Below are positions 1-12,185 of a stretch of 64,000 bases of DNA, piece by piece. The notes below the pieces were generated by a model. It saw only the letters and a list, made by a program, of their open reading frames with translations, was not told the DNA's origin and did not search any database. The stretch is from the NCBI GenBank assembly GCA_964187785.1, contig OZ076409.1, positions 76,818,001 to 76,882,000 of the forward strand, given 5' to 3'. Position 1 is the first letter of the stretch. Each line of letters starts with the position of its first letter. Both the position numbers and the translations under genes were made by a program. The stretch comes from Amphiscolops sp. MND2022. Its lineage: Eukaryota.

Positions 1-1060
1 CGCTCCAGACAAAAGCGCCCCAATTGAATGCGTATCAGGATTTAATTGCCTTGATTTCATCTCACGAACTAATTAGGTGTCTTGGTTCAATGCTTGGTAT
101 TGAAATGTCGATTACGTAATGAAATTGTTGGAATCAAATGACTCATTTTATAAGTCACTTCACTCACTCCTCTTGAGACTGGATAGCTCAGTGGTCAAAA
201 CTTTAGTTGTTGACTATTAGTCATCGAGTTCGAAACCAACTACATGGAAAATTTTCATGAAAACGTCTCATTCAATCTGATGACACGGAAACATCCCCCC
301 GTTATCAGGTTCCGGGTTGGGGTGGGAGAGAAGAAATTTTAATTTTAAAACCCCCTCTTTTTGGTGACAAATTCTCAGAGCTGTAGCATGCACAGTATTA
401 GAGAAAACAGGATGTTTTGAAATTTTGGTCAATTTTTTTCAACAAGACACAGTTTTCAACTCTTCGGGTAAATTGAATTTCATTGTTTTATCATCTTCGG
501 CTGAACTTCCTGACTCGACGGTAAGAAATCGCTGAGCTGCCAAAATAACACTCTTGGGTTTTTCTTCCGTCAACACTGCTCGTGTTTTAAGTTCAGCACG
601 AAATAATTTCTCTTCTACTTTTTCGGGTTGTGGCTCATGGCAATGCTCACTCACACCTTTGATCTCGTTGCCAACGTAAATTCGGCCCCGGCAGTTTTTA
701 TTCAGACACCTCCATGACTCCGTTCCGTTATTGAGGTCCCTTGCTTTTCTGTATAACTACCCACAGTGGGTCATAATGTCTTAGTTTTTATTGTTTTTAA
801 GAGCGGTGACTTCCATTTGGCTGGTAGTAGCAATGAATTTCTTAACAGGTAAATCAGCTTGCCTTAGAAAAGCGTTTTCTGAATTAACAGGTGGACTGCT
901 TTTAAACACGTGGGAAATTGTCACCCTCGGTAATATCCGGCTACGCGTACGGCCAATTAATTATGTGCAGTTAATAGAAATTAGGTGTGAAATCATTACA
1001 ATTATTCGCATCTGGTTGGGGCGCTTTTGTCTGGGGCGCTTTTGTCTGGGGCGCTTGTGA
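1..1060. mobile_element. Probable MITE/foldback element with inverted 15-bp terminal units; left end probably outside the window
   Basis: AGACAAAAGCGCCCC (7-21) is the exact reverse complement of GGGGCGCTTTTGTCT, which is tandemly repeated about 2.6 times at 1018-1056. No TSD can be checked. Confidence 0.4.
175..240 (+). pseudogene. tRNA-like sequence (SINE head or tRNA pseudogene)
   Basis: Pol III A box TAGCTCAGTGG (184-194) and B box GAGTTCGAAACC (226-237) at tRNA-like spacing. No convincing cloverleaf or anticodon. Confidence 0.35.
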
Positions 1061-1632
1061 ATTGTTTCTCAATCGAAATGCGTTTCAGCTGGAACCAGAT
1101 TTCAAAAACTAAGTTTTTGAGGATTGGAGAAGCCTCTCTGAGTGGCAACAAGGGTGTTGTGCAAATCAATTCGGTACAGTCCGAGTTGGAGTCGAGAAAT
1201 CGTTTTCTGGTCTTCCTGTATTTCTGCTCAAACGTCCCCTTCCCCACAATTTGAATTCACCTTAGCAATTTTGTTGTCTTTGAAGCCATTTCGTTCACAT
1301 ACCGATATATAGCCACCGGATTAAAAGAATTCTTTCAACAAGCTTTGTAAACAATTCGAGCTTTCCGTAGTACCCATTGTCAGAATTCTTCCAATTTTGA
1401 AAGAAAAAATCATTGAAGTAAGTTTTCATTCGAAATGACAAATCGACAATTCACCAAAAATTGAAGTATCTAAACAAAACTATTACATACGCTGTTCAAA
1501 AATTCATTATCTGATTACCTAACATTTCAATTTCCAATCCACATCTTTCTCCTTTCGATACCATTTCACTTTTTTTTCTGGTCAGTTTCGCACGCATCTT
1601 GTGGTTGTAGTTGCATACTTTCAAAAACCTGC

Positions 1633-2460
1633 ATGAAACAGAACAATACTAAAATGTCTTGGAGAAAGTTGTATGCTTTATTAGTTCCCTCTCGAAAAAA
1701 ATTTCGGTACGAAACGTACCAAGTTGAGGAGGTATCGTTGTTGGGCAAAAACAAAAACGGCCTCTGTGTGTGTGACAACTGCTTGTCAAATGAGGAAACA
1801 ACCATACCTAAAGCGTCTTATAATTCAATGCTTCATATTTTTCTGAAACTATTTCAATGTATCAATGAACTTGTTCCCAATTTTGCGAGGGAAAATCTGA
1901 ATGACAACGTCAAACAAGCAGTTAGTGAATCCATGCCATCTCACGAGGATGCACTTATTGAAGCTCAAAATGTCGAACCTGAGCCTAAATTATACGAGTT
2001 TGTCATTACTGGGTTCCCTNNNNNNNNNNNNNNNNNNNNNNNNNNNNNNNNNNNNNNNNNNNNNNNNNNNNNNNNNNNNNNNNNNNNNNNNNNNNNNNNN
2101 NNNNNNNNNNNNNNNNNNNNNNNNNNNNNNNNNNNNNNNNNNNNNNNNNNNNNNNNNNNNNNNNNNNNNNNNNNNNNNNNNNNNNNNNNNNNNNNNNNNN
2201 NNNNNNNNNNNNNNNTCAACCAACTGGAAAACGGTTCGGACAGTGTAAACGAAAGTATTGAACACATTGATTTGCAGCCAAGTGGAAGTATCTCTTCTAT
2301 GAGGAGGCTAGGTAAAAAGCTGAACCTAACAACAAACGAAAGCAGAAGCTGTCGTCCTAAAATAATTACTTCTAATATTTCGCATTTCCTCACAACTGTC
2401 TTCGTCGTAGTCATTGCCTGTACTGGAAACCCACCGCAACCCACCGGTGACCACCGGTGA
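1633..2460 (+). pseudogene. Possible remnant of non-LTR (CR1/L2-like) ORF1 RRM region, interrupted by an assembly gap
   Basis: FVITGFP...SIEHI...MRRLGKK...SRSCRPKII resembles the VISGLPE...RLG...RPRPILV pattern of LINE ORF1 proteins. Continuity across the N-run is unverifiable. Confidence 0.3.
2020..2215. other. Assembly gap (196 N)
   Basis: Run of N bases. Confidence 1.
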
Positions 2461-2520
2461 CCACCGGTGGAAGACGTTCATAAGTTTCGATCCGTAATTC
2501 CACCGGTGGCCACCGGTGAA
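2441..2520. repeat. Cluster of palindromic CACCGGTG units
   Basis: CCACCGGTG(A/G) x3 in tandem at 2441-2470 and two more copies at 2501-2520. Confidence 0.8.
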
Positions 2521-3373
2521 ACTTTTTTTTGAAAAATTCGAATTCAAAATTATTAATTCAATTCTCGGCGCGTCAAATTTTGACGGTCATTCTTTTTTGG
2601 GTTTCATGCATGTTTTTACTGTTATATTGTTACTTGTTGATTTCTGAGGGTTACCTTAATGGCCCGGGTAGCATTGGTGAAGATCATTGTACCTTCAAAA
2701 CGTCTGTGTATTTCAAGAAACTTCTCACATCTAGTGAAAGAACTATATAAAAAGCAAACTTTAGCAAACCGCTTTGAATTGACCAATCAAGAAGGACACT
2801 CTCGCCTAGACGTTTGCATAAAGAACCGGAAACTCACGTTGGTCTATAGAAGGAAATAGGCCACATCATCGAAAGCTGTCAGAGAAGCAACAACTCAGGA
2901 ATAAACGGAATCAGAGGTGGCGCAGGATTGACAAACTGTCATTAAGTGTATACTCATCAACTGTTGGTGAATTTGCATCAACGTTTGTAAGCTACAAGTG
3001 CTCCTAAAAATTTGCACAACCAACAAATTTTCTGTTGTGTTTCTGACCGATTCGGTTGACTGATGAAACATAAAGTGCTGAAGTTTTCCTTGTTGCTAAA
3101 TATGAATTGATTTCCAGACTTGACCGTGATTTTTGCCATCATGGAGGGATCGTGATTTGCAGCACTGGCCTGACCAAATGACATTTTGTGGGTATGTTCA
3201 TTGAAATGGATAGTTTCTCTCTTTCCTGTGTCATTCTCTCATCCAATCTAACATTCCATCTTCTTATGTACAACCCTTCTATTGGTTCTCCCTATGAAAT
3301 TGATATCAAAACGTTTATCGAAAGCATAACACCTACAATAAATATTTTTATGAGTTCAGCCTAAGGAATGGCT

Positions 3374-4155
3374 CCCTAGTTAAAAAAAATGCTTATCTTG
3401 CGAGATTCTTACATTTTTATCTTTAAAGAAAATGCATTTTTCTTGAAGAAATCTTGCAGGAATCTTTCAAGATAAACATTTTTTCAATGATAATCTTGCA
3501 AGATATACATTTTCTCAAAGAATCTTGAAAGAATTGAATTTTCAAATCAAAAGTATTCATGGAATTAAGGGATCCGATTTATAAAGACAATCTCCATTAC
3601 AGCCAGAGTCTCACTTCTTAAACTGTGAAAGATCCAAAAATGCAAACTCTAGAAAAAATAAAACTCTAGAAGTGTGATTTTAGTAATGCGCCCTAAAAGC
3701 CTAATTTTGCAAAAAAAACCGACATTTGAAACTCAGTTTTGATGTAGTATATGGAAAAAAAATGACCCTCTATCATGTACACGATGGAGGCTTCGAAATT
3801 AGGCCGAACGAACCTAAATTGATGATAGGCGTACATTTTTTGGAAGAAAAAACGCAAAAACAAGAGAAAAATAATCTTTTTTCGACAATTGGTGAAGCTG
3901 TTGACTACGTTATCATAACTCATTCGTTGTCTTGCAAGATTTGCATGGTCTTGCAAGATTCTTGCAAGACTGGTATTCTAATTTATCATCTTGCAAGATT
4001 TGCATTATCAGATATTTGCAGCAAAATGTTTTTTTCAAGAATCTTGTAAGATATCTTGTAAGATTTGTATACAACTGAAAAATCTTGCAAGATAGCCATC
4101 CAAAGCAAGAAATTGGCAAGAATCTTTAAAGATTTGCATTTAACTTCACCCAGGG
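3374..4155. mobile_element. Non-autonomous DNA transposon (CCC...GGG termini, TCTTGCAAGA subterminal arrays)
   Basis: Imperfect TIRs CCCTAGTT..AAATGC / GCATTT..CCCAGGG, flanked on both sides by CT (2-bp TSD). Many TCTTGCAAGA palindromes near both ends. Related to 47106-47815. Confidence 0.7.
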
Positions 4156-4531
4156 CTATGATGACAATTTTGATGTGTTTATTTTAGGCGTTTGAAATTT
4201 CCCAGGAGTGAATTGAAATACCTACTCTTCTACTAATGGTTCACAGAATTCCTTCGCAGAATTAGTCGCCCAGCTAGGTTACCATAATTATATTGATATG
4301 GACACTCATAAAAGCGGCTCTATAGTTGATTTGGTTGTTTCTAATATTCCTTCGCTTTCTTTTCAAGTTTGATCATCATCGTCCGACTATTTTTCAGTGT
4401 GATTTCGAACTCAAATGTGGTAATCATAATTCAGCATTCTCCCGTGCTTCTTACAACAATTCATCTAATTTTACTCTCTACATAAAAATGGATTAACCAA
4501 TTTGGTCACAAATTACAGACTAATTAGCATT

Positions 4532-5561
4532 CCCAGTGTTCGAAGCCATGGTACCCTTGCTAAGATCCATGGCAAGTTCATTGCTAGCCTTGCTAAGATC
4601 TTGCCATGATCTTGGTAAGGATACCATGGCCATGCAAGATCGTGCAAAGGTTAACCATGATTAACCATGATATTGGCAAGGGTTCCATGGTACCATTAGC
4701 GAAACTTTTGGAAAATTCAGAGCTTTTATTTTCAAATTGTAACTAGTATCTAAAAATTTATTCGGACCAAAAAACAGACATGTATAGGGTTAAACAGAAA
4801 AACTGATACTCAAGACAAAAAAAGCAAAATATTGAGCAAGTTTTGGATAATTTTCGGCTCTTTTCTGTTTTCCCCCCCACCACCAATTTTTTTTGGAAAA
4901 CTATTGAAAATCGTATAACAAAAAGACTTAAATACAAACCCGAAAGCTTCAAATTTACATTCATTCTTAATGTGACAGTTTAGGATTCAGATACGAATTT
5001 TGTTCACACTTTTTCAGTATGTAGTCACGCACTTTTGATGAAGAAATCAACAGCTTCCTGTTTTGAGACATCAATAAGCACTCAATACGAACACAATTAT
5101 AGTCAAAAAGCGTGAACAATGTTTTGTTAAAGCAAAACACTATTTCAATGGACGTTAACTTCCCATTATGAAAGAAGGTTTTACTTTTAATTAGGCTAGA
5201 CTAAAGTTTTTAAGGAAATTTACTTCCAAAAATTTTGGTGGTGGGGGGGGAAAACAGAAAAGAGCCTAATTTTCAATTAAAAAACTATTTTCGATCGTTA
5301 AGTGTTTTTGCCCGAAGTTATTACAATGGCTAATTCAGAACTTGCAGACGACAAGGAATTTTTGCGAAAAGAATAAATTATGCACACTTAAACCAGCTTA
5401 CATGTCTAACCATGGTTATCTTGTCAAGATCTTGCCATGATCTTGACAAGCGTTCCATGTATCATGATTTGCCATGATCTTGACAAGGGTACCATGGTTA
5501 ACCATGATTTAGCAAGATTTATCATGATCATGGCAAGGGTTCCACGGCTTCGAACACTGGG
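4532..5561. mobile_element. Non-autonomous DNA transposon with 20-bp TIRs
   Basis: CCCAGTGTTCGAAGCCATGG versus CCACGGCTTCGAACACTGGG (19/20 complementary), TT on both flanks, and subterminal CCATGG/CAAGATCTTG arrays. Confidence 0.85.
4856..5267. repeat. Internal ~43-bp inverted repeat pair (possible nested MITE)
   Basis: GGCTCTTTTCTGTTTTCCCCCCCACCACCAATTTT..GGAA (~4856-4898) is near-complementary to TTCCAAAAATTTTGGTGGTGGGGGGGAAAACAGAAAAGAGCC (~5224-5267). Confidence 0.7.
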
Positions 5562-6801
5562 TTTAGCCTGCATTAATGCTCATATTAGAGAGGATCTTAT
5601 TTGACTACATATATCCCAAGACAAAGAATATAATCAAGCGCGGATTTATGAAAACCAGGAGCCATTTTAGGCAACTTATTGCCTACCTTCATTGTGTCTA
5701 TTCCACCAAAGACCAAAGCATATCCCGTGTTTCAATTAACTTTAGCACTGTGAAAGCTGCCGACTCTCTTCAACCTCACACTCCCCTGTATAAGGTGTTG
5801 AAAGTTGGGTTTCATTACGTTTTTTTCTCTCTTACCTCTTCATATCTATTTGATATTGTTCTTTTCCGCTTCTCATCATGAAATACAACCACGCGATTAT
5901 GAACCTCGTTGATTGGTGCCATTCAAACGGGCGCAAACTTCACCCGTTTGATGAATGCAAAATTTGAAGGTTTGGATAATCTGACCATGAACCTTTTACT
6001 CTTGACGTGAAAAGTTTGTCTTCTGTTGATCAGATTACTGATTTAGGATTGATAGTTTGTAACTACCTTGACTTGAATTTTCATGTGAACTACAACCTAC
6101 CAGATTTTTCAGTCAGTTGAGAAAGTGATTCAAATTCTCAAACGAAACACTCCCAGATCAACTTTCCCAGTGCGTAAAAAGCAGCTCCATCAAAACCTAA
6201 TCCTTTTGATTCTTTCATATGGTTCAAACGTTTGGTCTTCTTCTGTTACTGTTTTGCGGAAGTTAGTGAAATTCCAGCAGAAAATCTTGGCCTGAATTCG
6301 TTTTAACAGTGATTATGTTTCAGTCTTGAAACAGATGGATCTCCTACCAGTGTGCTTCCAGTTGATTAAAAGCCACATTTTGCTTCTCTGGAATTTGAAC
6401 AACAATACAGATGGATGTAGACCAAAAAAAAACTGAAATTACTTTGAGCAATGAACCTTCTTGATTTGGCCCTCGTGGTTTCTTAAAATTCCCTATAATA
6501 AAAACTTGGTTCGGATAAAGATGTCTTTGTCAGAGCGACACGCGCTGCAAACGGACTATTGAGGCTTCAAGTCCTGCATTCCAACCTGCCACTTGCAACT
6601 TTTAAGCACCTCCTTCTAGATTAATTTCGATTTAAATTAGTAGCCACATTTAATACTGATCATTCATTATGACACCCATTGTAGCTAGTATTTGAAAGCA
6701 TAATCGGAGAACACGTGGGGAACTCGTTGAAATTCCATGAATCAAATTACATGGTATCATATAATGTTTATGCTGTTTTCATATACGGAGTCGCGTCGAA
6801 C

Positions 6802-7515
6802 TGTAACGTCCGCCTCTGGCATGACAAAATTTCGATGAAAAATTCGAAATGTGCGACATCGCAATTCAGCAAAAAAGATGGCCGACCTAACAGGAGCGGA
6901 AAACTGAACAAAAAAAGAAGAGAGAGCACGCTGAAGAGAGCAAAAAAGGAAGGAACCAGAAAGCAGAACGACTATTGACATGAAGATTCGCACAGTGCCG
7001 AATGTGACGAGTACTACCCGGTGTTATGCCATCCCTCTGGGAGAGAATGCAAAACCGTTCCAGAATGGCATGACTGGATCCCCGAAAACCTACAAGCAGT
7101 AACTGTACTCCCCTTTGGGGCTCATCCCCCTTAATTTGTTGATTTGTAATGTATCTTGCTGTTTCGCTTATGCCTGACCTTCTAGATCAGCATTTCATAT
7201 CCTTAACTGTCAAAATGGTACTTTTTGGATAAACATTTTTGGACCTTGGAAGTATGTAGGAAGTCGTAGGAAGGCTTAGGATTATGTAGGAACGTTTTTA
7301 CAGGCTTGTGGGGCGTGTCCGGACTTTGAGAGTGCCGGCACGTCGCCTCGGAGCTCTAACTAGAGGAGCCTCCTTAGACGTTAGAAAAGTCCCCCATGGA
7401 GACCATTTTGGGAGAAAAGCCAGTGTCTAGGAGTGTAGTAAGACAACGGTCTCCTGTTTAAGCACCCTAGGCATTGTCCCACTTCCGGGATGTGCGCCGC
7501 TAGCCGGACGTTACA
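6802..7515. mobile_element. Putative solo LTR (~714 bp)
   Basis: TG...CA ends with a perfect 11-bp inverted repeat (TGTAACGTCCG / CGGACGTTACA) and higher GC than the flanks. Only a 3-bp flanking match (AAC). Confidence 0.55.
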
Positions 7516-10500
7516 AACTGTATGATTGTTTACAAGGTGAACCACATTCATCAATATAAAAAGGAAACAATAACACGTTCGATTGAAACAAGTGTTCCTG
7601 GAAAAAATTGAGTCTGATAAAAAAAACAACTTTTCGGGGAAATTCAAGCGTACGGAGAAACGTCATATCACTCGACAACTCATTAGAATCAAAACTTATC
7701 AAAAGATTTCGTTCCTATATCAGGAAAGGTTTTTTTCGGAAATCCAAATATGTTATTGAATGATAAGGGAATTGATCAGAAATTACAGTAATTACCAGTA
7801 CCTGGACATTATGGTAAATATCGGATCCTTGAATGCTTGTTTCATTATCGCACCTTGATCAAAAGGATTCCAGAGAAGCTTATCTAGATAAGCTTGAGTA
7901 GAACCCATAAAATGAGAACTGATTCGAAGTAAATGTTGGAATTTCTAATCGCTGCTGACTATGAAATGTTTCAGAACTGAATCTCGGGTAATTGTAATCT
8001 TTTGACAAACCTGACATTGATGCTGTTTCCAAAACTACATGATGAAGCATGATTTAACAATATTTGGTTCAAACACTGCAGAAGAAGCCCCAAAATACAG
8101 GGATCATCTGGCGTTTCCGTGTTACAGCTTGAGGGTACTCAAATATCTGTACTATACTATACTACTATATACACTGATTTATACAATTATAATAAACAAG
8201 CTGAGAGCGCTCAAGACGGGGCAACGATTAAGTCACAAAAAGCGGAAAACTGTACTTCAAACTACAAAATCTGAAAATTTTTTGAAGAACATCAAAAAAA
8301 CAAAGCGAGAATCTTTTAGCGAAATAAACAAATTTTCAAAAAAAAAATTTTGTATCTCCTTAAATCTAGGTTTGTAGATTTTTTGAAATTTTTTTACCAC
8401 TCCTACCGAATTGGAAAAAAGACGAAAAGCACCTATAATAGCGCCGACAAAAATGAAAGCTAAGAGTGCAACACGGGGGCGATTATTGTTGAAACTTTTT
8501 GGAAAGTAACAGAATTGTACATTGACATTATTTCAAGAATTTCATTTTTTTGTTTTTCTTGACATGAACTCTGAGCTCCTCGAAATATCACAATGAGACA
8601 TAAGTTGAACTTTTTTGCCAAAAAGTCACACCATTGATTTTATACAAAATGTCAATTTCTAACCGGCCTGTTTCGACTTAGTTTGAAAGTCACTGTGCGT
8701 TTGAACCTGGAGTAAAGTTCATCAACCGAGAATTATTGAACTAGTTGCAACTTTTAATTCTGTTTCTAAGATTCCTTTCTTGAAAAAAGATCCAAAATAT
8801 TTGAAATCTTGTAAATTCTTCTAACAGAAAAGTACTGACATTTCACACAATCTTGTCAATGCTTGTGGCAGTATCGGTTCATTTCTCATATATTACCATA
8901 AATTAGTGGAGGATATCTCTCTTCACTAATGAATACATCATTGATTGGCAATGTAATGAAAGCTGTATTTCCCTTGTAATTTTTTCCTGCTTATTAACAC
9001 GCTATTTTAAAACGCAGTAGCTGAAGAATACCGGTCAAATTTCCTCTCTCTATTTTCATAGGCTACAAATTTATCGGAGAATGAAAACAGAAAAGAAAAA
9101 TTCTGAAATTAACAGCGCATTATTTCCCAACTGCGGTAACCAAATGTTTCCCCTCTCGCTTTAATTATTACCGCAACCGCCTTCTTGCATCAACTGTGGT
9201 GTCGCTTTCTCCTGTCGGTTCTTTCAATTTGCCGCCGAAAGTAAGACTTCACACTTCCGCAAAAACAACCGGAAGTTGCATCAATTTCTAATTTGTGCAC
9301 TCAGCAGATTCCAAATAAGGGTAAATAAATTGCCCTTCCTAAGAAGTGAGAAAATGCTTTACGGTTCGTCAGTTCAATCAAAACTTCACCACCAGTTTCT
9401 TTTAATCTCGCTAATTTGCCTGACCTTTTACTCTAATCACTGCCATGCAGTCAGCAGAAATCTTCGATGGGGTAAGTGATTCTGTTCGAATTAAAAAGAA
9501 AAAAATGATCGAGTGATCTAAGGTTTTATATTTTATGAAAGATATCCATAACCCCCAGTAGAGTTTTCAATCTACAAATTGATACATAGGGGAAAACTTT
9601 GACGAGGGATATTTTCTTGAAATGTTTCCAAATACTTGAAAAGCTGAAATGAGAACTTTTTTGTTAACTTTTCTGGAGAATATGTCCCGAGAGGGTACCT
9701 TAATTTTAAACCTTAACAAACGCTAGATTCACTTTCGTGGTCTGAAAGCCTAATTTGAAATTCGATCTGACTGTTTTTACAAAACTTCAGTGATAGATGG
9801 CATCAAAAATTATTCTATTCCCATTTTAGGGGGATTTTTAGTGGAAAAACGTCGCAAAGTAAAAAAAAATGTTTCAATGTGTTTCTTTCCTAAACGTTGA
9901 CACCACTGGTCTGGAAAGGTAATTATTTTAGCGCTAATTTTAACAAAATACAGTGCACGTTTTGTTTGGCAACATAAATTCTGGTTGTCTATGAACTGAA
10001 ACTAGGCAAGATCAGTCCATTCAAACTGGTCAAACCATACGACAAAGATTGAGGGATGTTTTGGCGCTGTGAGATTTTCGATTAACAGCCGATGAGAATC
10101 TTCGAATAAAGTATGATTTAATTCATTCAAACGTGGATTCTTCAGTGTGAAGCTGAAGCTTGTCATCCGAGATTAAAAATTGTTTTCAAAGAATGATGAA
10201 TGGTGTCTTCAGTGGTACTATCAGAGTAGAAATCATAAAAGTGCTTTTTTGAAAACAGTAAACTTTTTTTATAAAAAAACCAAGATCACGGAGATGAAAG
10301 GGGTTGAATACTTAAGTGAACGAATGAACAGCGCAATTGCGCTGGAAGAGATCGCGTTTTTTCTGTTGTTTTTCCAATCCTTCGGCAGAAAGTTTTGCTC
10401 GCTAGGCCGATGAGTTCCGCTTTTGCACAAGCTAGTTACTGGGACAAACTTTTAAAACTTTAATTGAAAAGAATATTTAAAAAAATTTTGAGAAAATTCA

Positions 10501-11799
10501 AAAAATAGATAGTTTATAGACAACAATAATTTCTACCTCACTTCAGGTTAGCTCGTTGTTTGTTAACTGATTTCCAAAGTTGTACCATCGTTAAATCACT
10601 CGGAAAAAATTGCGCATGCATGAAGTGACGGCTTAGGTTGTCACAATCTAGGTTTCAAATTTCACAAAGCGAAAAAGCTTTAAAAACCCAAGATCAAGAT
10701 ATTGGCACAAATGCTTTCAACGTTCCGAAAACAATTTTAAAAGGCTTCGGATTGTCTTTTCCCCTCAAAATTACAATTCGGAAGTTCACTAATTGATTTT
10801 GTTGAGATGGAATATGACTGTGAGAAATGGAAGTTGTGGATGAAATGACTGTCCCCAATCGCACTCGACTATTTTTCTTGGAAATGTTGTATAACCTGAG
10901 ACTCTTTTAAATATATTGGATCTACTGCCTTGTCTTGTTTTGACAGAAAAAACTACACAACTTTGTTTGTATGAGCAATGCAATACATCTTCAAAATAGA
11001 CCAGAGGAGTTGCATTCATTAAAGTTATGATTGTCATCTGAAGTTCACCAGATTTCCCAAGCAAAACTTACCACCGTGTTCAAAAAAGTTCATAGCAAAT
11101 TAATATTTTGTCAGACACCTTGAGAAAATTCGTGGAGTTCACTGAAAGTCAATTTGGATCTTTTCGGTTAATCCCACAGTAAGCATGAAAATTTTTATTC
11201 CCCACAGTGTTATCGATGAGTTTCAGTTGCAGTTAGAGTTATATATTACTGCAATTTGATTGGTTGGTACTATTACTTCAATGATAATTTCATTTGACCG
11301 TTTAACTGGGATTAAATTGGTGGGGGGAATTACAGAAAAGATCCGTCAATTTTTTTTCAACTTTTCCTTAAGTTCAACCGCTCAGTGCAAAATATCGTTA
11401 AACTTACATAATACCTTTTACTTTTGAAAGTGTTGATAAGATCGTGTTTATTCTTGCTTCACACAAGCGTCTTGAAATTCTTGATAGGAATCTAGGTTAG
11501 AGTTTTATCAAGAGAACGAATAAGTTTCAATTTCAGAACGAACAAACAACAATTTCATTTAAAATGACTTTGCGATTATTCACACTACCAGCTATATTAT
11601 CCATCGTTGAAGTATTGGCTATATGGCAACAAAGTATTGAAGTTGAGAATATGATAGCTTGATTGGTAGCGCGAACAGCGGTGGCATAATAATTACGCTA
11701 ATCAAGCCGAAGTTTTTGATATTTTCGTTCGAATGAGTTTGCTCACTGGGTTGTCATATTTAACTGTTGTTCTGACTAGCTAACAGAGCATTGTTTTGG

Positions 11800-12185
11800 G
11801 CAGTCGTTTTATATCTTATTGGCTTAAATGTGGGTGCGATGAAGGTTTTTCGTCTTCAGAATCAGAGTTTTTTAGGTTTTGGGGCTCAGATGATTCTTTA
11901 TCGTTCGGAGCTAACAGTTTTAGCATTTCCTTTTGGTTTTTAGCTAGTATCTCAGTAACTAATTTTTAGTTTCTTAGCTATTAATTAGTTTTTTAGTCAG
12001 ATCAGACACTATCCCCTTTCTGAGTGATGTTTTGATTTCGTCAAGATTTTCGTGTTGGATCTCAGGAGATTTGCTGGAATCAGCAACTGGGTTTTTGACA
12101 GTAAAATTCTCAATTGCGGACGTCTCGACTTCACCAGAGGCTACTCACTTTACAGCTTTATTTTTCTGACTTTTGGTTGTCATTT
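11800..12185 (-). pseudogene. Decayed ORF start, possibly a retroelement gag-like N-terminus
   Basis: Minus strand reads MTTKSQKNKAVK*VASGEVETS...ENLDEIKTSLRKGIVSDLTKKL...LAKNQKEMLKLLAP, with stops and a frameshift. It is coiled-coil-like, and the family assignment is inference. Confidence 0.3.

Noticed and set aside
1901-2444. ORFs spanning the N-run
   Set aside because: Their length is inflated by undetermined bases.
9100-9480. Possible host promoter or first exons (CCGGAAGT sites, several GTAAG donors)
   Set aside because: The motifs are short and common, and no consistent exon or ORF structure could be built.
10789-11100. NFFEHGGKF fragment resembling Penelope-type RT on the minus strand
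   Set aside because: The match is too short, frameshifted, and has no catalytic motif nearby.
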